Origin: the human T2T-CHM13v2.0 reference genome, Homo sapiens
NCBI RefSeq assembly: GCF_009914755.1
Contig: NC_060940.1
Reading direction: 5' to 3' (one strand)
DNA length: 64,000 nt
Shown here piece after piece: positions 26,556 through 36,225 of the stretch (position 1 is the first letter of the stretch; the number at the start of each line of letters is the position of its first letter). Under the pieces are notes generated by a model, which had not been told where the DNA came from, searched no databases, and saw only the letters and a program-made list of their open reading frames with translations. The translations under genes and the position numbers were made by a program.

Positions 26556-27584
26556 AGTGCCCGGAATTGGTGGGTTTTTGGTCTTGCTGACTTCAAGAAT
26601 GAAGCTGCAGACCCTCACGGTGTTACAGTTCTTAAAGATGGTGTGTCTGGAGTTTGTTCCTTCAGATGTTCAGATGTGTCCAGAGTTTCCTCCTTTTGGT
26701 GGGTTCGTGGTCTCGCCGGCTTCAGGAGTGAAGCTGCAGACCTTCCCCCGTGAGTGTTACAGCTCATAAAGACGGCGCAGACCCAAAGAGTGAGCAGCAG
26801 CAAGATTTATCGCAAGGAGCAAAAGAACAAGGCTTCCATAGCGTGGAAGGGAACCGGAGCGCATTGCAGCTGTTGGCTCCCGTGGCCTGCTTTAATTCCC
26901 TTAACTAGCCCCAGCCACATCCTACTGATTGGCCCATTTTACAGAGAGCTGCTTGGTCCACTTTACCCAGAGCTCATTGGTCCGTTTTGACAGATTGCTG
27001 ATTGCTGCGTTTACAAACCTTTAGCTAGACAGAAAAGTTCTCCAAGTCCCCATCAGATTAGCTAGACACAAAGCGCTGATTGGTGTGCTTACAAACCTTT
27101 AGCTAGACACAGAGTGCTGATTGGTACGTTTACAATCCTTTAGCTAGACAGAAAATCTCCAAGTCCCCACCGGACCCAGAAGCCCAGCCGGCTTCACCTC
27201 CCAGTGGCACTCACCGCGGGACTTTGCAGCACCTAGCCCGGGCACTCCCGCAGCCCAGAGGGAGCTCGCCACCCCCCTACCCCGCCACAACAAGCCCAGC
27301 TGGGGCCAGCCAGCTGGCGGAGTGCGGGGCCCGCCCAGCCTGCGCCCACCCGGAACCCGTGCCGGCCCGCGAGCGCCGCGCGCAGCCCCGCCTCCCGCCC
27401 GCGCCTCCCTCTCCACACCTCCCCGCGAGCAGAGGGAGCCGGCTCCGGTCTTGGCCAGCCCCAGAGAGGTGCCCCCACAGCGCAGCGGCGGGCTGAAGGG
27501 CACCTTGAGCGCGGCCAGAGCGGACGCCGAGGCCAAGGAGGCGCCGAGAGCGATCGAGGGCTGCGAGCACGTTGTCACCTCTTA
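26556..27584 (-). mobile_element. LTR12-family (ERV9) solo LTR, LTR12D-like
   Basis: ccggaattggtgggtttttggtcttgctgacttcaagaatgaagc at one end, gagcacgttgtcacctctta at the other, and repeated gctgattggt/tttagctagacac units; 4-bp TSD CCTG (26552-26555, 27585-27588). Confidence 0.95.
26860..27150 (-). promoter_or_regulatory. LTR12 U3 promoter/enhancer: CCAAT (NF-Y) repeats and TATA-like box, directing transcription leftward
   Basis: ATTGG near 26928, 26976, 27079 and 27120; minus-strand gggaattaaagcaggc at ~26885-26900 is at the LTR12 TATA-like position. Activity is not shown by sequence. Confidence 0.6.
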
Positions 27585-27610
27585 CCTGCATCCGGACGCG
27601 GGGAATGCGG
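27181..27610. promoter_or_regulatory. CpG-island-like segment inside LTR12
   Basis: About 45 CpGs in 27181-27600 by hand count, very GC-rich, with several GC boxes (cccgccc). Confidence 0.8.
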
Positions 27611-29509
27611 TGGCACTCAGAAGTTTGGAGATGCCAGGAACTGCAGTGCCCGGAAGAGGGTTTCACAGCCCTGGCTCAGGGAGCCCCTGGGACTATGCTC
27701 CCTGAAAGGCCACAGCTCTTCTCTCCTTCTCATCACCTCCAATGTGGCAAGTGGGTGGGGCGGTGGGGAGCAGGGGGAGGAGAGTGCGTGTTTTAGCCCT
27801 GTTTGTGTTACAGCTTCTTCAGTCCCATCATTCTGCAGGTCCCGAGTTCAGGCAGGTCATTCTGTCAAGTGTCCAGCTGTCAGCAAAGAGGAGACCCACA
27901 GCGGGTAGCTCCTTCATGCAGCTAGCAGCCCAGATGTCTGTGAGTTTGGGTGAGTCTGGAGTTTTATGGACTTCAGAAGACAGGAAGTGCGTGTTGATTG
28001 GTCCATGGGTGGCCATGGGCGGGCCTGGAAAAAGCACCTATAAGTTCTCACTCCAAGCCATGGACTCCACCCCAACTGACAGCCCAGCCCCCAGGCTTCA
28101 GGCTGTCCCTGGCTTGAAGTTGGGGCTTCACTAGGTACCCACCCCTTTCTGCCCGGGAGCCTCTCTGCCTCCTGCCACCATCAATCATGCCCACAGCGCC
28201 CAAGCTGTTTGATCCAAGGGACGCCTGCAGGCCTGCGCCAAGCCACTCTCAGCCTCACCGCGGCCTCCCACCCATGCTGTTGGCACCCAAAATCTGGAGG
28301 GGGCTGCGGAGGCAGGGGGCTGCCATGTCAGTGCCTTCCCAAGCATGTGCACACCTGGGCAGGTTGCAACAGTGGGGTCTCAGCCTCAACTTTGCTCTGA
28401 AATCAGAGCAGGCACTGGGAGCAGAGAGAGATCAAGCAGAGGGAGCAGGCACTTCCAAGCTTGCTAGGGCAGGGGGCTTCCTGGGCCCCCGAGAGCACAG
28501 GAATGCCTGGGTCCACAACCGCGACTGGGCGCCTGCAGCTGTGCCTGGGAGGGTGGGTCTCCCACCCTGCCAACTCGGAAGGGAACGGGGCTCCCTCCTG
28601 TTCCAAGCTCCCACCTGCTCCATGGAGGGCACATACTTGGCTGTGCCTCCCCTGCAGCAGCCGGTGTCTTCACAGATGGCCACCACTGCCATCAATATTG
28701 AATAAGGTGAGGTATTCCATAAACTAGGGGCTGATATTCTCATTGAGTTTCTATTTAACTGGGCAATTGTCAAATTATTCAATGGGGAGTTTTGTGTTGT
28801 GGCTCCATACAAAGTGGTGATGCCACTGAATTCAGAGTCTCCTGTAAAAGTCAGTGTGCGTCAGCAATGGACTCCAAGTTAAATAACCATGTTCAGTGTT
28901 TGTTTGAGGAACAATATAACTATAGATACCTATGATTTTTATCTCCTGAGGGCAGATGGTTTTGATGAGCAGGCACTAATGCTTCCTTCCTTAGGTACTT
29001 CTAAAAATATAAATTAAAGTCTTAACATTGTGGTTTCCGTAGCAGTCTCTTGTGTTTTAAAATAGCATGAATCAATTCACCAAGGCTAGAGACTTCTCAC
29101 ATTGTAAACCAGTGAAATTAAGTTTGTGAATCTGAAAAGCTGAAAAATCACCCCTGGGACTGAAGAAAATGTGAGAATAAGACTGAGAAGCCATAATTCC
29201 CTATCCATCTTCCTACACACTTTCATAGCCTTTGTCGTCTGAGGGAAAAAGAAAGGTTTTCATCATGCCAGTTAAAGGCTGTGAATGTGACCTAGATAAT
29301 TCTTGGGGAATTTAAGTTGAAACACTTCTTTTAATGTCCTTTGAAAGGAAAAGCTAAACCTTCATTTCTCAGAATGAAATTGTGGTCAAAACAAATGTAT
29401 CAAAAGGGCTAGAGAGAGATGGAAAAAGATTGTATTTCCAGGTAAGCTGCTCAAATCTATCTGGTCATTCTCTAAAATAGTCTCATCATATTCAAATCAT
29501 TAGAACCAC

Positions 29510-29564
29510 TGTGTGTGTCTGTGTGTGTGTGTGTGTGCATGCGTGTGTGTGTGTGTGTGTGTGT
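29510..29564. repeat. Interrupted (TG)n microsatellite
   Basis: Direct reading. Confidence 0.95.
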
Positions 29565-29724
29565 AGTGGTTTAAATAATAACCAAACATTATTCTCCACC
29601 ATAGAAATACACAGCTTCTCCACAGGAATAAGAAAAACTTAATATTCAAGAAGCATCTATTTTAGGATAATAATACTATATAAATAGTTTTCTCACTAAA
29701 AATATGTCTTTTTAAAATTTTTAA

Positions 29725-29976
<252 letters not shown>

Positions 29977-30251
29977 TAAATATGACATTTTATCCCATAG
30001 TAGAGTTCTCTTTTGCTACTTACCTCAAGACAATAAATTCTGTAGTAAAATTTAATAGTTTTAGCTTCTTACTTTAATTAGAACAAAAATAAAGGAGGAT
30101 AAGCAGGATGATTACTCAGTTTGATTTTGAGATGTTTTACAGATACCCAATAAAATTTCATTGAATGATTATAACAATTGACCTTGAGACAATATCAGAG
30201 GTATTAAAGTTGAAGAAATTTGAGCTGTTCAGGGTATGAAGATAAAGTCTT

Positions 30252-30592
30252 GGCCGGGCATGGTGGCTCACACCTGTAATCCCAACATTTTGGGAGGTTG
30301 AGGCGGGTGGATAACTTGAGGTCAGGAGTTTAAGACCAGCCTGGCCAACATGGTGAAACACCATCTCTACTAAAAATACAGAAACCACTCAAGCATGGTG
30401 GTGTGCACCTGTAATCCCAGCTGCTTGGGAGGCTGAGGCAGGAAAATCGCTTGAACCCAGGAGCCCCAGGAGGTAGACGTTGCAGTGAGCTGAAATTACA
30501 CCTCTGTACTCCAGCCTGGTTGACATAATGAGACTCTGTCTCAAAAAAAAAAATAATAAAATAAAAATAAATAAATAAATAAATAAAAATAA
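30252..30592 (+). mobile_element. AluSx/Sz-like SINE
   Basis: Full dimer with a 9-bp internal duplication cccaggagc.cccaggagg and an A/(AAAT)n tail. Confidence 0.93.
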
Positions 30593-32242
30593 GGTATCCA
30601 TGTCACCATTACAAATACCTGAAATTTAACAGAATTTAACAGGAAAGAGACACTGGGGACTATTTATCCTGCTCCCAAGGAAAGTACATTTAAAAGGAGG
30701 AAGAATTTGGATCACTCTAAAAGAAAAGGAAAAAAGAGAAGGATGAAATAGTAAGAATTGTCCCACAGTAGTTTAATTTGGTGCCCGTGACTAAGTAGTG
30801 TGGTTCACTGACTAAAGGAAATGAGAAAGATACCATTTCTTCTTTAGAGATTAGCTGAACTGGGTGCCCTAAAAGATTTTCTCCAGCATCAAGTCTATAC
30901 AAATTAAAATATCTCAAGATTTAAATTAATATGTCCATTTACCCAATAATTTATTCACGTTTAATCTTGAATACTTACTTGGTTTCTTCAATCATGTTAG
31001 TTACCATTGATCAAAGTTGTGGAAGATGCACATTTATCTTACACTTCACAGCTTCAAATATGATAGTTCAGACAAGAAGTAAACAGACAATGTGTACACC
31101 ATGTGATAACAACTATAACCGAGAAAGTACAGGATCTATGGAAGTAGAAAGCAAGGGCATTTCAACACTATTACTTTTCACAACAGTACAGAACATTCAG
31201 GCACCACCGTGGAAACACCACAATCTTGAAGACACTTATGTCAAATATTCTGGGACCAAAGTAAATTTTGAATCATCTTTGTGTTTAGAGAGTGGTGAGG
31301 AGCATAACAGAGAGCCCTTTTACCATCGAATTATTTCCCCTAGTGAAAGTAGAATTGTCACTAGGTTACCCCAGTATAGTCAAATATTTTCTTCATAAAT
31401 ACTGTCCATCATTATCTTTATTAATAAATTCCTGTGTAATAAATTGATACTAGATCATGAAAAGTTTTGGATTTAGTCAAGCAAATATTTTCTGGGATTC
31501 AACTGACTTAATTTTTGAGATTTGTCAATCATCATATACCAATTACAAGCTCCAAAGAACTAATAATATTACCTTTAGAGTCTTCTTATTGGATGAAGAA
31601 AGTCCATTAACCACTTGCAACTATTTTCCTGACAAAAAAAATGTTACCCAATATAATAGAATAGTGATTTCCACGTAGTGCAATGGTAAAAGAGCCTTTG
31701 CCCCAATAGCAACTAGAAGTAGCAAAGTAGAATGACCATAAATCTGTTTGTTCTGTGTACATTTTTATATACTTTTATTTTATTATTTTTGGCTTTATTT
31801 TGAAAAAAAGGAGCTGTAATACACATTTTTATAAAGTATAACCACATAAAGTTCTATTTACTGCTATACATATATGTTTTGGTGTGGCCTATTATTCGCC
31901 TTTTAAAAAAAACTCAATTTCCTTTTGGAGGTCTGTTCATCCTCTACTCTTAATTCATGGCATTTGTATGAGTTAGAGCTCACCAGTGATAATAATGATG
32001 GTGGAAATTTACTGAAGACATCCCTACATAGGGTGTGCTAGCAATTTCTGTAAACCAGGCACACAAACGTTATTTGAAAATACGAGTTATATATTACTAT
32101 TTACCCTTTATATATGCAAATTGGAAGCAAAAAACATGAAGTAGCTTGATCAAGACAATATAGTTACAATAATCAAGGGAACTTGGGCTCAAATCAGGCA
32201 ACAGAATTCTAGAGATGAAACCAGAATGTGACCAATTAGAAA

Positions 32243-32403
32243 TTTTTTATTTTATTTCTTTTACTTTTTTTTTTTTTTCTTTTTCCGAGGCAGGATCTCA
32301 CTGTGTCAACGAGGCTTGAGTGCAGTGGCACGATCATGGCTTACTGCAGCCTCCATCTCTAGGCTCAAGCAATCCTCCCATCTCAGCTTTCTGTGTAGCT
32401 AGG
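32243..32403 (-). mobile_element. AluJ right-arm fragment
   Basis: T-rich tail then gaggcaggatctcactgtgtc...ggctcaagcaatcctcccatctcagc; truncated. Confidence 0.88.
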
Positions 32404-32469
32404 CTGGAAACGTTATTTTTCTTAAAGGTAAGGAATGAGCTGATGTCCAAATAAAACCAATGGAATCAA

Positions 32470-32876
32470 TAAATGTTGGGCTTTCTGGAAAAAAGCCAAA
32501 CATGTTCAAGTCATATGGACTTGAACCTCTGAATATGTAAGGGTTTTTGCTTCCTTCTAGCAACTATGTGGCTGAAAAAGAGAAGACAATGGAAAGGAAG
32601 GCAACCCAAGGTTGGACCTGACTTGAGACTTGATGCTACCATTTGGACCATGAATCAAGCTGTGCTTAAATCCCTGAATAACCCAACAATTGAAAGGTAC
32701 ATAAGCCAGTATCTTTATGCCACATTTTTCTGTTTCTTTTTTTTTTCTTTTATTATTATACTTTAAGTTTTAGGGTACATGTGCACATTGTGCAGGTTAG
32801 TTACATATATATACATGTGCCACGCTGGTGCGCTGCACCCACTAACTCGTCATCTAGCATTAGCATCTTAACCAAC
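32470..32876 (+). mobile_element. MLT1(J/K)-like MaLR LTR remnant, interrupted by L1PA2
   Basis: catttggaccatgaatcaagctgtgcttaaa...tacataagcca...ttttctgt / catcttaacc resembles the MLT1 3' half. Confidence 0.45.
32737..32863 (-). mobile_element. L1PA2-like extreme 3' fragment (~125 bp)
   Basis: ttattatactttaagttttagggtacatgtgcacattgtgcaggttagttac...gctggtgcgctgcacccactaactcgtcatctagcattag; it has GAG rather than the L1HS-Ta ACA at the diagnostic site. Confidence 0.92.
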
Positions 32877-33114
32877 ATGGTCACCAGGTTCACAGATTTC
32901 AAAGTTAATTGAGATGTCTTTAAGCAAAATCTGTCAGTGAACACTTTCACTGTCAGTGAAAACAAACAGTTCAAAAATAATATCTTGATAGCATGGTCAC
33001 TTTCCTCTTTGAGAAAAGAAAAATATTGTGTGTGCCTGTGTGTGTTTATACACAAACACAATTTAACCATGAATCTTACATATTTCCTATCATCTTAGTA
33101 AAAACAATTATGCT

Positions 33115-33156
33115 TGTGTGTGTGTGTGTGTGTGTGTGTGTGTCTGTCTGTGTGTG
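33115..33156. repeat. (TG)n microsatellite
   Basis: Direct reading. Confidence 0.95.
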
Positions 33157-33994
33157 TTTTTCTGTGTGTCTATGTTTATATGCAAACTTACATTTTCTGC
33201 TATGGTCCTTGTTTGTTTTCTATCATATTGTGGGGGAGAAGGGTCAGGTTCATGCTATTGCTTGTGCACACCAGCACTTTTCCCATGCAATTTGGAAATA
33301 TATCTTTTCTAAATGATGTACAAAATTAATGAGGCCCATTAATATAAATTGAAAGACTGATATTTTTAGTCTTACTATGTACAAGTGTTACATAAAATGT
33401 AGTTCATAATAAGAACGTTTTTGCTTCTTTATTCAACACAAGTAAAACAGGACAAGAAAAGTTGGAATATATGCTGGAGTTATTTGTTTATCCCGTCATA
33501 GAACATTTAATTTAAAGGTCTCTATAACTCAGAGAAAGACTTCTGTGTTTGCTCTGTTTGACTTCTGATATGTCTCTCCTAATCTTGACAACAATAACAA
33601 GATTGTGGGCAGATAAAAATAAAATATATGCCCTTCATCATGCCACTGGCCAGGAACCACAGAAACAAAGAAGTATCAGTTATGGTCTGATTCCCCCATC
33701 GCAGCCACTGTCTGGTAAGAACACAAAACGTATTTGCAACAGTACAATGAACCCTATAATAGAGACACGAGCAAGGTATTAGTAATCTTTGCATACACCA
33801 TAATGCCTCCCTCTGGGCCTTGTGCAAAGGAGAAGCTCACTAAATGCCACTTGAATTAATATTTTAAAAATGCACTGGGTTGCTTCACAATCCAGGTAAT
33901 AACTCATTATAATGGTAGATCTTTCTCTATGTCTACAGATTTCATATAAGATAAGATGTATCTTTCAACGTCTATATTTATTTATTTATGTTAG

Positions 33995-34146
33995 TTTTGT
34001 TTTAAATTTTTTAAGTTCCAGTGTACATGTGCAGGACATGCAGGTTTGTTACATAGGTAAATGTGTGCCATGGTGGTTTGCTGCACCTGTCAACCCATCA
34101 CCTAGGTATTAAGACCAACATGCATTAGCTCATTTTCCTAATTCTC
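33995..34146 (-). mobile_element. L1PA8-like 3' end fragment
   Basis: gtacatgtgcaggacatgcaggtttgttacataggtaaatgtgtgccatggtggtttgctgcacc. Confidence 0.9.
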
Positions 34147-35699
34147 TTAACTTATATATCTTAACTTAGAAAGTTTTTTTAAACTTGAAAAAATTTTGTA
34201 AAGTAATTACCTTCTTTGGTTACCTTTGTATCTCAATCAAAAATCTATAATGGAATCATCCCAGCAACTGTTCACTATTTACTTTTCCTCTAGCAGGTAA
34301 ACTATCTTATATAAGGGGAGGTGATCTCATCATTCTGTTATACTTATATTTCTGTATTTTACAGCCTCATCAACAGGAAATTCTACCTGGTTTAACATTT
34401 CTTCTGTTGTGTCAGAGAAAGTCTGATTATTTAACAGACACGGAATGACAATTCAAATACGCTTTATTATGATTCAGGCTGTTCCCCTGCTGGTCTCACC
34501 CAGAGATAGCACAAGCCTTCCGATACAAGTACCTCCATCTCTACCATTCTAGCAATTCTTGAGGGTATTAATTACCCACTGGTGACACAGTACAAGAGAC
34601 CTTTGACCATAGTTCAGCGTCAAATATCAGCGTCACACGGAAAGAATCATCACCTGTTTGAAACACACTACATTAAAAGTCAGTTGATCTGGATTCTAGT
34701 TTTAGTTCTAACAGTGACTACAGTAGTGACTACATGCCAGTCCCTACGTCTGCTAAGCAAAATATATCAGACCAGTGGCCAGAAGATCTGCTGTATGAAT
34801 GCTCCATTCATTCATAGAAGAAAATAATACCTTCAAAGATCCTTTTCCCACAATATTTTAAAATTTCAATTCCCAATCTCTTCAGTTGAAAAATTCTGAT
34901 ATTTTCTGTCACATTGGTTGTGCACAGATTTGTTTCACGTTTGAAATAGCAGATACAAAATTACTCTAAGAACTATAAAATGCAGGCTTTGTTTTTCTAA
35001 TTATAAATTGACAGCAAAAATAATTGTTTAAAAAATGAATGAAGATATTATCATTTCTTTATGTCTCTGAATTGTGTGACAGGCAAAGATTTTCAAGATA
35101 ACACTATAAACTGTTGTAAACTGTACAACACTTACTGTATTATACCAAGTTACTGAGTTAAGTGGAGCTATGCCTGACTCTGCTTGTTTGTGCAATCAGG
35201 CTTAGGCTGATGTCTGTAGGAATTTCCATCCATATGTTAGGCAATAGCCTGGAGTAAAACATGCTTAGGATCAGAGTTCTTTGCCAGATTGTGCTGTTGT
35301 AATGCTTTCTAGAACAGCTGGAATATGTTTTCCAATAGTAAACAATAGCACCTAAATAGCTGTCTTGCCATGATTTAGAGATTTTAAACTCATCCCCATG
35401 TTTAATTCATCATAAGACTCCGTTCTGACATTTTAATAAGCAATTATTTAAATGATGCTTATTTCTTAAAAGTTGTCTTTTTTCAAATACATTTTTTGAT
35501 GGATCTCTAACAAAACCAATGTTTGGAATATTTTTAGAGGAGGAAAAGGTAGCAATGTGGGGAAAATAGACAGCAGGGATAGCTGACCCAATAATAAGAC
35601 ATCAGTAGCCTACAAGAGAAAAAGAGTATACTAGGATTTGAAAATCCGATTTGAAATCCAAGTTACTCTAAACTATTGAGCACCTATGTATGTTGAGAT

Positions 35700-36110
35700 A
35701 GAAAGTGACTGAATTTGTGACTAACTTCAGTTTAAATTAACAGAGGCTTATTGGTCATAACAAAACTATAACTTCCAAGGATGCGACCCCAAGCTAGGTC
35801 AGAGATTGAATAAGATCATCCAGGACCCAAGTTATTTCCACCTCTGTGTTCCATCATCCTAGAAGTAGTAGGTTTATATCATATGATTATCCCCTCACAG
35901 TTTCATGACATTGCTGAAGTTGATTGTTGCATATCTTAATATATCTTTACTCCATAGCAGAAAGAAGCAAGCATGGTAAAAGCGCAACAGTTTATTGTAG
36001 AAAGAGGTTATAGTTTTATATCAGATGAGAATCGCTTTCTAGCTAACTAATTTCTTATTACCCAGAATTGAGTAAAGTGCACTTCCTTAGAGCAAACCTG
36101 GTCAAAAGAA
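35700..36110 (-). mobile_element. Old MaLR/ERVL LTR remnant (MLT1L/LTR33-like)
   Basis: atcatccaggacccaagttatttccacctctgtgttccatcatcc motif; very diverged. Confidence 0.4.
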
Positions 36111-36149
36111 TTAAATTTCTAAAAATAGTACAAATTAATAATTATTTGA

Positions 36150-36225
36150 GAACAGACCAGAAATCTGTGTTTGAATAAGTTCTCCAAGTGATTCTGATGC
36201 CTGCAAAAGTTGTAAAACCAACCAT
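36150..36225. mobile_element. MER5A-like fragment
   Basis: ccagaaatctgtgtttgaataagttctccaagtgattctgatgc. Confidence 0.6.

Larger units (their letters stand above)
26202..28694 (-). mobile_element. MER52A-like ERV1 solo LTR, interrupted by LTR12
   Basis: Termini tgtcacgggatcc... and ...cactgccatca with 4-bp TSD ATAT (26198-26201, 28695-28698). Internal gcctcaactttgctctgaaatc and gtgttgattggtccatgggtggccatgggcgggcctggaaaaagcacc match antisense MER52A. Confidence 0.88.

Noticed and set aside
27000-27150. Regularly spaced ~40-bp repeats (gctgattggt...tttagctagaca), superficially CRISPR-like
   Set aside because: Standard ERV9/LTR12 U3 enhancer repeats in a eukaryotic sequence; no unique spacers or cas genes
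27144-28812. Cluster of 120-172-aa overlapping ORFs
   Set aside because: Lie within GC-rich LTR12/MER52A, where stop codons are rare; present on both strands with no gag, pol or env similarity
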